Below, piece by piece: positions 52,331 through 64,000 of a DNA stretch of 64,000 nt. Below the pieces are notes generated by a model that was not told where the DNA came from, ran no database searches, and saw nothing but the letters and a program-made list of their open reading frames with translations. How positions within the stretch are numbered: the stretch's first letter is position 1; each line of letters starts with the position of its first letter. The DNA lies in assembly GCF_004010195.1 (NCBI RefSeq), contig NC_057719.1, positions 94,531,674 to 94,595,673 of the forward strand. The letters are read 5' to 3'. Source of the DNA: Chiloscyllium plagiosum (lineage: Eukaryota). A program made the translations under genes and the position numbers.

Positions 52331-53204
52331 CTGGTTTCTTATTTCAGAAAAGCTGAAGTACTTTTCAAACTACTTTTTAAAGATTTTCTTCATTGGTCTT
52401 GAGGCAGTACTTCCTCAATTGATTTTACAGTCACAGACCACTGGTGGATTCTTTATGATCAGATTTTTATTCACCATATATATAATGACATTGTTGTGAA
52501 TGCAGAAGAAAATCAGCTCCCATTTAAATATGTGACCACTACAGTTATTGAGCTAATGTAAATAGTAACTTAGTGACTTAACTGGGAAAGGATTTCAGGC
52601 ATGAAGCAGCTTTCCTTTTTTGGTATTGTGGTTTGCTTATGTACAGCTGAAAACATCAAGGAGATGATTGTGAGATTTTTATTTTGCCCTGGCTCACTGA
52701 ATTCATCAAACATTGAACCACATTTATTCTAATGTCCAATGACTTTACCAAGTTAGTTCTACCAATGCTTAAGGTTGCTGGCCTGAATTACTTTTGTTTT
52801 GATCAGATCGTGGAGCAAGCATTAAATTTGTTTGTGGAATGTAATTCAAGTTGAAATACATTTTAAAAATGTTGAATTTTATTTTGTCATTACCAAAAAG
52901 AAATTACCAAATAAAACATGGAAACATTCTTTGTACACAGCCACTTAGTGAGTACTGTGTATGTAACCCTGGAAAAAGAATATATAGGATTTAGAATACA
53001 GACCAGGGAGAAGTTGGTTAATGAATCTTATCTTTCCAGATGTTCATAATCTTGCTTGTGAGTTGAGCTGTTTCTTTCCTGCATTTTGGTATATGTGATG
53101 AAATCCAGATTAGCATTTTTGTTTACTTAGTGGTGTACTGGAGCATTGAAAAACGTGTTTTCCCACAGCATTGTGTTCACTTGTTGACATAATTTCATAC
53201 TGTC

Positions 53205-56200
53205 ATAAAGATGTACAGCACGGAAACAGACCCTTTGGTCCAACTCATCCATGCTGACCAGATGTCCTAACCAAATCTAGTCCCATTTGCCACCACTTGG
53301 CCCTTATCCCTCGAAACCCTTCCTATTCATATACCCATCTAGATGCCTTTTAAATGCTGTAATTGTATCAGCCTCCACCACTTCCTCTGGCAGCTCATTC
53401 ATGACATGCACCACCCTGTGTGAAACATTGCCCCTTAGGTCCCTTTTATTTCATTCCCCTCTCATCCTAAACCTATGCCCCCAAGTTCGGGACTTGCCCC
53501 ACCCTAGGGAAAATACCTTGACTATTTATCTTATCCATGCCCCATCTGGTTTTTTAAATTCTATAAGGTCACCCCTCAGCTTCCAATGCTGCAGCCTAGA
53601 ACAGAGAACATTACAGCGCAGTACAGGCCCTTCGGTCCTTGATATTGCACCAACCTGTGTGACCAATCCGAAGCCTATCTATCCCACACTATTCCATTTT
53701 CATCTATAGATTTATCCCAATGACCATTTAAATGCCCTTAAAAGTTGGCGAAAGCCTATTCAGTCTCTCCCTATAGCTTAATCCCTGGCAACATCCTTGT
53801 AAATCTTTTCTGAACCCTTTCAAGTTTCACAACGTCCTTCCAATAGGAAGGAGACCAGAATTGCACACAATATTCCAAAAGTGGCCTAATTAATATCCTG
53901 TACAGCTACAACATGACCTCCCAACTCCTGTACTCTGCTCTGACCAATAAAGGAAAACACACCAAACGCCTTCTTCACTATTCTATCTACCTGCGACTCT
54001 ACTTTCAAGGAGCTATGAACCTGTACTCCAAGGTCTTTTTGTTCAGCAACACTCCCCAGAACATTACCATTAAATGTATTAGTCCTGCTTTCTTCTGCTT
54101 TTCCAAAATGTAGCACCTCAATTTATCTAAATTAGACTCCAATTGCCACTTCTCAGCCCATTGGCCCATCTAATCAAGATCCCATTGTAATGTGAGGTAA
54201 CCTTCTTCGCTGTCCACTCCACCTCCAATTTTGGTGTTATCTACAAACTTACTAACTGTACCTCTAATACTCACATCCAAATCATTTATATGAATGGCGA
54301 AAAGCAAGTGGACCCAGCACTGATCCTTGTGACACACCACTGGTCACAGGCCTCCAGTCTGAAAAACAACCCTCCATCACCACCCTCTGTCTTCTACCTT
54401 CGAGCCATCTCTGTATCCAGGTGGCTAGTTCTCCCTGTATTTAATGAGATCTAACCTTGCTAACCAGTGTCCCATGAGGAACCTTGTCGAATACCTTACT
54501 GAAGTCCATATAGATCACGGGAATCAACGTTTCAGGCCTACATCAGGAATGATCTTCATCACCAATCATCAGTCATGATGAAGGGCTTTTGCCCGAAATG
54601 TCGATTCTCCCGCTCCTCGGATGCCGCCTGACCTGCTGTGCCTTTCCAGCACCACACTCTTGACTCTGATCTCCAGCATCTGCAGTCCTCATTTTCGCCT
54701 CCATATAAATCATGTCTACCGCTCTGCCCTCATCAATCCTTTTTGTTAATTCTTCAAAAAACTCCATCAAGTTCATGTGACATGTTTTCCCACTCACGAA
54801 GCCATGCTGACTCTCCCTAATCAGTCCTTGACTTTCCAAATGCTCATAAATCCTGTCCCTCAGGCTTCCCTCCAACAACATGGGGTAAATGTAGGGTAAT
54901 GGGTGGGTTGCGCTTCGGCGGGTCGGTGTGGACTTGTTGGGCTGAAGGGCCTGTTTCCACACTGTAAGTAATCTAAGTAATCTAAGTAAAAAACATGCCC
55001 ACCACCGATCTCAGGCTCACCAGTCTAGAGTTCCCTGGATTTTCCTTACCACTTTTCTTAAATAGTGACACCACGTTAGCCAACCTCTAGTCTTCCACTA
55101 CCTCACTTGTGACTATCGATGATACAAATATTTCAGTAAGGGGCCCAGCAATCACTTCCCTAGGTTCCCACAAAGTTCTAGGGTACAACTGATCAGGTCC
55201 TGGGAATTTATCCACGTTTATGTTTCAAGACATCCAGCACCATCTATTCTGTAATATGGACATTTTTCAACATGTCACCATCTATTTTCCCATATTTTAT
55301 ATCTTCCATGTCCTTCTCCACAGTAAACACTGATGTAAAATACTCATTTCATATTCCTCCACCTCCTGATGCTCCACACATTGGCTGCCTTGCTAATCTT
55401 TGAGGGGATCTATTCTCTCTCTAGTTATCTTTTTGTCCTTAATGTATTTATAAAATCCCTTTGGATTTTCCTGAATGCTATTTGCCAAAGTTATCTCATG
55501 TCCCCTTTTTGCCCTCCTGATTTCCAACACAAGTATACTCCTCCTGCTTTTATAGTCTTCTAAGAATTCACTCGATCTATCCTGTCTATACCTGACATAT
55601 GCTTCCTGCTTTTTCATAACCAAAACCTTAATTTCTCTAGTCATCCAGCATTCCCTACACCTACCAGCCTTTCCTTTCACCCTAACAGGAATATGTTGTC
55701 TCTGGAATCTCGTTATCTCATTTTTTAAGGCTTCCCATTTTCCAGCCGTCCCTTTACCTGTGAACATCTGCCCCCAATCAGTTTTTGAAAGTTCTTGTCT
55801 AATACTGTCAAAATTAGCCTTCTTTCAATTTAGAACTTTAATTTTTAGATCTGGTCTATCCTTTTCCACCACTGTTTTAAAATTGATAAAGTTATGGTCG
55901 CTAGCCCCAAAGTGCTCCCTGACTGACACCTCAGTCACCTGCCCTGCTTTATTCACCAGTTACCTCATTTCCCCTGCCCCCAGCTTACGCCAGTTCCAAC
56001 CTTCCAGCTCAACACCATCCTCATGACCTGTCTTACCTGCCAATCTTGCTTCCCACCTATCTGCTCCACCCTCCTCTCTGACCTATCACCTTCATCCCCA
56101 CCTCTGTCTACCTATTGTGCTCTTGGCTACCTTCTCCCCACCCCACCCCACCCCACTCCCATTTATCTCTCCACCCCAGAGGCTCTCTGCCTTTATTCCT

Positions 56201-56350
56201 GATGATGGACTTTTGCCTGAAACATCGATTTTCCTGCTCCTCGGATGCTGCCTGACCTGCTGTGCTTTTCCAGCACTACTCTAATCTAGACTCTGTTTTA
56301 TTTCCCAAGAGCAGGGCAAGTTTTTCACCTTCTCAAGTAGGTACATCACA
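53205..56350 (-). mobile_element. CR1 ORF2 (decayed) with nested CR1 tail (~53598-53750), PLE inserts (54519-54699, ~55955-56292) and SINE piece (~54881-54988)
   Basis: Minus-strand ORFs at 53886-54116, 54573-54962 and 55393-55767 are CR1-like. The insert at 54519 is flanked by TCCATATAGATCAC and TCCATATAAATCAT. Confidence 0.88.
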
Positions 56351-57964
56351 TTTCGGTCTGAAATTAACATAAATGTCACACTTTTACATGTTTCTTTATT
56401 TTAGATTGTGAATGGGAGGAGGATTGTTTAAACCAAAGCTGTGGAAATGTTTACTACATTTTAAAAACGAGTTGGTAAAACTCATTAAACAAAAAAAACT
56501 CCAAGAAAACTGTGAATGCTGGAAATCTGAAACAAAAGCAGGAATTGCTGGAAAAATACAACAGGTCTAGCAGAATCTGTGGATAGAAAGCAGAGTTAAC
56601 GTTTTGGATGCTCCACAGATGTTGCCAAACCTACTGAGTTTCTCCAGCAATTCATGTTTTTGTTGCAGTAGAACTCATTGTTGAAGCAGTAGGGGACGTT
56701 GATAGAGACTTAGCAGCATCATGTGTGTTCAAGGCAACTTTTCAGGAAGACAGACTGTCAATTGAGTTTTCAATTGGAACCAGTTGTGTCAGCCGGGAGA
56801 CATCAGCATGGCCACAGCTCTCTGGCTGTGGGTCAGGTGGATGATTTGTGTGTGAATAATGCAGATGCAGAAAGTCTCGCAACTGCACAAGACAGTATCT
56901 GCCATTTTCTCTCTGCAGCGCAGTAATCAAGCATTAACAGAGAGCTAATTTCTCCCATCATTTGCAACAAGCTGTTGCCTCTAACGTATGACTGAAAAAC
57001 AGCAATAATGTGTCAACCCACCTGTATCTTCAGTAAAGAACTGAAATGACGTGGAAAAGGATATAAGCAATCAGAAGGACTTTGAAGAAGCAAAAGTGAA
57101 ATCACATGGAACCCTGTGGATTTGTGCTGTTGGATTGTGTTGTCCCAGTATTTTCTCTGGGTTTATCTGTATCTGTCTGTACGTGTGAATAGGGGTTCAG
57201 GCAGGGGATAGAGCTTAAGCTGGCAGAGTTGTAAGTTGATCGTTCATGTATTGTTTCTTTGTGCTAAGAACTAATTTAATTGTAATATATAGTTTCTTGT
57301 TAATATGCTCAATGTTTTCTGTTAACCTGAGTTCGTCAGGCAGATAACTTGGGAAAATTTGAGTAATTTGACTAAGTCTTTAACTTTTGCAAAGACCCCA
57401 GAAGTAATGAAGTTTGAGTATCAGCACATATTCCCAAGTCAATCATTGGTTGGAAATCAGTTTTTGTTTTGTTTGGTTAGGCTTCACATACCATTGTATT
57501 GACCCAGTTTTCAAATTACTTTCAATATAAGTCTATTGAACAGGGAAAACTAACAATTAAAAAACAGTCTGAATCTGAAGAAATTACATCACTCAATTAT
57601 TTTCTAAAGCATTTTGATTGTTTTCTTTCTTACAATCCCAAAAATCCAAGATTCAAATTAAAAATCACCCATACCAAAAAAAAATTGGGCTGAACTATCC
57701 GAGGAATGGCAGTATCATACAGAGATTGGCTCCTTCTTGTGTGCAATTTCATATCAGGGAATTTGGATCAGGGCTCCTATAGAAATATGGAGCTGTACCT
57801 CCTTTCTGATAGGTGCATTGTTGTGGAGAACTGTCAGAGAATATAGCTGTCAGCTGCTATATTGTGCAATTAAAAGCCCAGAATCTTATTTTAATAGCCG
57901 TACACAATATAAGTGTGAGGTTAAGGTGCGAGAGGGGAGAGGGTCGCGGAGGGGTGTAGACATT

Positions 57965-58570
57965 AAGTTTCTATTTATTCATGAGGTGTGGGTGTCACCC
58001 ATCCCATGTTAGCCTTGAGCAGGTGGAGGTGAGCTGCTTGTAGTCCATTTGGCAGAGGCAGACTAACAATGCTGTTATCAAGGGAATTCCCATTATTTAT
58101 ATTCATCCAGTGATATAAAAAAACTGTGATAATTTTCAAGTCAGGCTTGGAGGGGAACTTGCAGGTCGTTGTGTTTCTTTGTTTCTGCTGCCCCGGCCCT
58201 TCTAGATGGTGGAGGTTGTGAGTTTGGAAGATGGTGTCTAAGGAGCCTTGGTGATATTCTTCAGTACATTCTTATAACTGACAAATATTCCTAGTCCTAA
58301 GAAAGTTGTGGGACTGAACATTTGTGGATGTGAAGCAAATCAAGCTGGTTGTTTTGTCCTGGGTAGTATCAAGCTTCTTGAGTGTTAATGAAGCTCAATC
58401 CATCCAGGCAAGTGGGAGGAGTCCTTCACCCTCCTGTCTTGTGCCATGCTGATTGTTGCCAAGCTGTAGGGAGTCAGAAGGGGAATTACTCACTGCAGGA
58501 TTCTCAGCCTCTGACCTATTCTTGTAGCCATGGGTTTATATTGCTTCTCCCGTCCAGTCCAGTTTTTGAT
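57965..58570 (-). mobile_element. Old LINE 3' region whose tail resembles the Deu-like SINE tail
   Basis: Similar to 43285-43530 and 45490-45680. Confidence 0.45.
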
Positions 58571-59069
58571 CAATGGAAAATAATGGGTGCCAATTGAGTA
58601 GAATTCCAGGGTGCAAGATAGCATGGGGCCAGGAGAGTGAAATGTTTAAGATAGGTCAGGTTACTGGGATATAGAGGCCACAAGGGAAAAGGAAAGGAGG
58701 CTTTGTTGGGTCTAGTGGTGAAGGAAGGAGGTTTTGGATCTAGAGAGAGAGTTGGGTGGGGGAGGAATCTAGGAGCTGGAAAAGGCATCAGATCTGGTGG
58801 TGCATCCCAGGTGGTGGGGTAGATTTGGGCCCTTGGGATAAAGGGAGGTCATGTCTGTTCTGATTGACAGAGTGAATGTGGTCTTTGGGGTAGAGGGGAG
58901 TGTCAGGTCAATGTATTGGGTTTTGGGAGTGTGAGGGCGGTATAGTTGGGATGTATGTGATGTATGGTCAATTCGGCAGTTACTTAGACAAGATTTTTAA
59001 TCGTTTTAAGATTTTCTAAGGAGGTATAAGATTTCTAAACTTTCCTGAGTAACCATTTACTTGACTTGG

Positions 59070-59432
59070 AATCATAGAGATGTATAGCATGGAGACAGAC
59101 CCTTTGGTCCAACTCGTCCATACCGACTAGATATCCTAAATTAATCTAGTCCTATTTGCCAGCACTTGACCCATATCCCTCCAAAGCCTTCTTATTCATA
59201 TACCTATCCAGGTGCCTTTTAAATGTTGCAATTGTACCAGCCTCCACCACTTCCTCTGGCAGCTCATTTCATCCTCGCATCACCCTTTGCATGAAAAAGT
59301 TCCCCCTTAGGTTCCTCTTAAATTTTACCCCCCTCACTCTAAACCTCTGGACTCCCCCACCCCAGAGAAAATACCTTGTCTATTCATCCTATCCAGGCCC
59401 CTCATGATTTTATAAACCTCTATAAAGTCACC
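59070..59432 (-). mobile_element. CR1 3' end fragment
   Basis: Homologous to 53205-53575. Confidence 0.82.
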
Positions 59433-60009
59433 AGCAGAATTCTTCAAATTCTCTTATTTAAATATCTACTTTTGCGAGAAGTAGGGGCATTGTTAGTGGA
59501 GTTTGTAATTTTGTGGGCAATTCCTTCAGGGTCTGCTTTGATGGGCCTTCTAACACGTTCCCAAGAGGAATTTTCATCTATGCTGGAAAAGCTACTTTAT
59601 CTGACAATCAGAACATCTGGACCATTGCGTTCTCAATATAATTAAATGTAACAAGAAAACAATCTTTTGTTCTTATCTACTTTCACGGATTTTCACAGTG
59701 AGCTCAGACAAATATAAAGGCCAGGATTTAAGTTGATATTGTTTCTGGAGCTGTTACACGGTCGGTAGATTAGAGTTAATTGCTAGGCCTATGTCTCCAG
59801 TTCCCAGAATGCTGCATAAGAACACAGAGGTAGGAACAGGAAATGACTAGTCAGTGCTTTGAGCTCACTCTATCATTCAAGGGCTACGCTTTTAGCTCGG
59901 TACTGTTTTGATACACTGTTCCTATATCCTTTAATATCTTTAATATCCAGAAATCTATCAAACTGTGTTTTGAACATGGTCAATGACTGAGCTTTCACAT
60001 CCTCTGAGA

Positions 60010-60495
60010 AAATAGTTAAAAATCACACAACACCAGACTATAGTCCAACAGGTTTAATTGAAAGCACTAGCTTTCGGAGCGACGCTCCTTCATCAGGTGG
60101 TTGTGGTGCACAAATGTCAGACACAGAATTTATAGCAAACACTTACAGTGTGATGTAACTGAAATTATACATTGAAAAATACCCTGATTGTCTGTTGAGT
60201 CTTTCACCTGTTCGAATACCATTAAAGTTTCACTTCTTTCATGTGTAAATCACAAAACCTTTTTTAAAAGTTGCATTCTCAGGTTAACTGTAACAATTGG
60301 TGTTAGCCAGACAATATGTTGAAGGTGTTAGCCCCCTATGTTCTCTGTCTATGCCATGATGTTTAGATTGATTCTAATCTAAAAAGTGAGATAACAGAGT
60401 TTTACATGAATTCATGCAGTTTTTGAGCAAAGTACAATGTAACTCTGCAAGTACAAATTCACCCCACAAAATATATGTATATGTGTGCATGTGGT
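60010..60495 (-). mobile_element. PLE family-2 terminal repeat with an intact hammerhead at 60065-60099
   Basis: Reverse complement of 28670-29060. The motif is identical to 28974-29008. Confidence 0.8.
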
Positions 60496-62731
60496 CTTAA
60501 AGTGAGTAGGATTGGAGTAAGGAAACCTTTGGGACTAGACAAACAGGGAATTCAGGTTTGATGTGAGTTGGCGATGGCTTGGACAAGTTACAGTTAGTTC
60601 CTGTGAAAGTAAAGTCTGAGCCAAGGGCAGCAGGTTTAGGTACTGGTTGGAGAAAGGTAAAATAGTGAATGGGAGTCTGGAGTGAAGAGTTAGGTTAAAA
60701 AATAGACTGGGGGATAGAGAGGAATGTTAGACAGAGTCTGAAAATGATTTGAGAAGTAATTTTCCTCACGTTTCCTCAATGTTGAATTCTATCTTTCACC
60801 TGTCTGTCTATTGAGCTAACTTGTCGACCTTCATGGAGACTTCTGTTCTCCTCTTTTTATCATTTGCCAATTCCTCTGCATTTGTCTGGTGAGCAATTTT
60901 AAGATTGTGTTCTCTATCTTGAATTCCATATCTTCCATATATGTTCAGAGGAATGGTAAACTCAGTACTCCCATTTCTAACCTTCTGCCAGTCTCAGCCA
61001 AACATGCCTTTACTAATTTTTTGATCCTGTTCGCTATCATTTTCATCTCTTACTGTATATACCTGAAATCTTCCAATAAACGTCTTGTTAGATTTCTTAT
61101 TAAATAGACTGTGAACATTCAAAAATGCTACTTTCATTGCATTCCTGACTCTTTAAAAAAAACCACTATCACATTTATGGATCATGACTTTTTTTTATTA
61201 AATGTGCACTTGCTGACCTTGAATTGCCCATTCCTAAATTTTTATTAATTTTATCTTGAATGGCTATGAACAGTTTGTGTACAAGTAATAGGAAACTAAT
61301 TGCATTAAATTTATCCTTCTCTCCCTTTGTTTACACTGTGAGAATATTTGAATTTATTTTTCAAATGATTTAAAAACAAAAACTAGAAGATACATTTCAG
61401 ATTTTAAGATAAAAGTGCACAAGCAAGTTATTATCAAGTGTTTACTTTTTACTTGAATAACACTTAGAACTAGAGGATCATGACTGTGCTTAATAGTGTC
61501 TATCCTGTGAGATATAACACATTGATTATTTGCAAAGATTTAATTATGTAACTCTATATACTTGGTTGGGGGGGGAAAGTGTGCTGTTGTAAACTGATAA
61601 GAAATGTGCATTGTGAGTGTAACATTGAGTTATTCATTGAAAAAAATGAATATCAAGTGTAAACTGAGGGTGCCAAGAGGTGTCCTATTAATTAGCTCTT
61701 TAAAAGGTCATGGAAACATTTGCTTTTAGTTGAATCTTGGATATTATACAGTGTTTGCACTTCATTTGGCACCTTGATAACTAAATAGATAGCACAGTTG
61801 CATAAATAACTTTGTAATTTTATCATAATTTGAATTTTACAAGTCAAATCAACTTAAATATATGCTTCATTAACTTGTTTATTTAACATAGTGGTTTGTG
61901 ATTATTAGAAGTTTTCTTTTTTTAAAGTTCCTATCTACATTTATAAAGAAAACTGTCTTAATTTAAGTTGTAATCATACTCTCCCACCAGTAATACCAAC
62001 AGCAATTTATATTTCCATTGTGTCTTTAACGTCATAAAGCATTATAATGTGCTTCACAGAAGCATCATAAGCAGTTTGATGCTGAATCATATAGAAATAT
62101 AAGCTTGGCCTGAGAGAGAAGTTTTAAGAGATGTTGGGTAGACAGGGGTACAGGTTTATGAAGGGATTACCAGTACCTTGGGTTTTGGCAGCCAAAGTGC
62201 TGGAGTTTCTCATGGCATCATGATTGGTAAAAATATTTGAATGCATTTGATGCACGTCATTGTTAACGAAAGATTCTTGAGCATAGTCTCTAAAGTGGTT
62301 TGAAAGCTGATGTCAAGTTTTTTTTAATTGAAGTAAGGCAACAGAAAGTCTTAATGTAATAACTGTCAGCTCTGTACATTTTACAAAAGATAAGTAATAT
62401 AGTGTAATAAATTGGCAACTACCCAAATGTTTTCTCAAATGAAATGTAAAACTTTTCCATAGTTCAGGGATGGTCTCTAGTGGTTGAAAGTGTGTACTGC
62501 AGCAAAGCTTACAAAAACATAAGATATGAATGTATTAAAAAGTACCTTTAGTATCTGCAGGCCTTACATGTTGTTATAGATATAAAATAATTTTAAAATG
62601 ACCAAGAATTTTAACATCTTATTTGTACCTGATATTTCAATTTAAAAGCTTCTCTGGCTGAATAACCATCTCCAATCCTGTCTCTGGAAATGAGCTCCAG
62701 CATTGTGGGCAAATAGTCTCTATTGAGTGGG

Positions 62732-62859
62732 AGTCTAGATTAGAGTGGTGCTGGAAAAGCACAGCAGGTCAGGCAGCATCCGAGGAGCAGGCAAATCGAC
62801 GGTTCGGGCAAAAGCCCTTCATCAGGAATAGAGGCAGGGAGCCTGCAGAGTGGAGAGAT
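62732..62859 (-). mobile_element. PLE family-1 repeat fragment; hammerhead GAAA mutated to GAAC
   Basis: Reverse complement of 50665-50789. Confidence 0.75.
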
Positions 62860-63344
62860 CATGCAGCCACAGCAGCAGAAGTGATTGTAAACTGCCAAGA
62901 CTTTGCAGCTTTCACCATATTTAAAGGCCACTAACACACTACATCACTGCAGGACAGGAACTGGCCCTCACACTGTGGTAATTAAGCCATAAGTCAGAAG
63001 AAAGGAACACTCCCTTCTCACTTCATGGACACGGACTTGAATGTTTTGGTAGATAGATCTAACAATTACCACAGCAGGTCACACCATCAGATGCGACCAA
63101 TCTAGACATAGATTACAGCTCAAGTCATTGATGTGCCCCAAGTAAAGTGGGATGCCCAGTAGTGGAGGAAGAAGGTCAATAATTTACGATGTTCTAAAGA
63201 GGTAAGTGTTACCCTGGTATCTCATATTCACAGGGCCAGAACATACTCTGATTCTGGCACTGCAGATGCATTTCATCAAGGTTAATAGACTATAATTCTT
63301 AATATTGCATGCATCATGTCTACTCATTGGCTCTCACCATAAGG

Positions 63345-63700
63345 AGAGGCAATGGCCTAGTGGTATTATTGCTGGATTGTTGATCCAGTGACCCAGATAA
63401 TGTTCTAGAGGCCTGGGTTCAAACCACGTCATTGTGGATGGTGGAACTTGAATTCAATGAAAATCTGGAATTAAGAATCTAATTGTGACCATGAATCCAT
63501 TGCCGATTATCGGAAAAATCCATCTAGTTCACTAATGGAATTCAGGGAAGGAAACTGTCATCCTTAGCTGGTTTGGCCTACATGTGACTCCAGACCCACA
63601 GCAATGTGGTTAACACTTAACTGCCCTCTGGGAATAAGGAATGGGCAATAAATGCTGACCTCACCAATTATGTCCTCATCTCATGAATGAATAAAAACAA
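63345..63700 (+). mobile_element. tRNA-derived SINE, Deu-domain / SacSINE1-like
   Basis: A box TGGCCTAGTGG, B box GGTTCAAACC, a central conserved-looking domain and a tail ...GGGCAATAAATGCTG...ATGAATGAATAAAAA. The family name is from recall. Confidence 0.55.
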
Positions 63701-64000
63701 AACCCATCTCATTCTTCCAAACTACTAATCCTTCTTGACCTCTGCGTTTCACTCACTGGGGATACATCGCTTCCTCTCCTGTTCGACTTGACCACAAACT
63801 ACTCTTGCATCTGCTTTCACACTTCAATCATACTCAGTCTCTCACTTTGTCTTATTGCAGGAAATGTTTGCTGGTAACTGGACTGGGAGGTCCAAGACTG
63901 GTATTGGGGATGATAAGGTAGGCTAGTGGTGGTCGTGGCACTAGGGTGAAGAGAGCAGGGAAAGTGTGGTAGGGATACACATTAGGCTACTTAGTCCCTT

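Noticed and set aside
63861..63917. Acceptor-like ttattgcag followed by GT sites
   Set aside because: It does not encode the expected next exon (DGKKFDKE...).
1..64000. CRISPR arrays, operons or other prokaryotic systems
   Set aside because: The sequence is vertebrate intronic DNA; no regularly spaced repeats or bacterial genes were seen.

Overview
Repeat-dense eukaryotic DNA, most likely from a shark (elasmobranch); this is inferred from the HE1-type SINE and CR1 LINE families. The only host coding sequence I can support is one 72-bp, phase-0 exon at 45307-45378 (+) encoding [24 protein letters not shown], part of the BAR domain of a GRAF-family RhoGAP, best matching ARHGAP42. The rest is therefore probably intron. 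It contains: (1) many decayed and nested CR1 LINEs; (2) HE1-like and Deu-domain-like SINEs; (3) a two-LTR Gmr1-like Gypsy element at 6786-12710 (-) with a CTAT target-site duplication, a tRNA-Pro-like PBS, SCAN-like gag and PR-IN-RT/RH order; (4) solo or partial LTRs and a Tigger-like MITE; (5) many Penelope-like element (PLE) remnants. The most striking structural signal is a set of minimal type-I hammerhead ribozyme motifs (CTGANGA...GAAA) in three, possibly four, PLE terminal-repeat families. They sit in short fold-back, palindromic or tandem inserts with ~12-15 bp TSDs, matching the 14-bp TSD of a Neptune-type RT/GIY-YIG element at 48038-50789. One hairpin-forming PLE with a sense-strand hammerhead ends ~75 nt upstream of the host exon. 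Four N-gaps are present and some duplications may be assembly artefacts. Most ORFs in the supplied track are transposon fragments or spurious.
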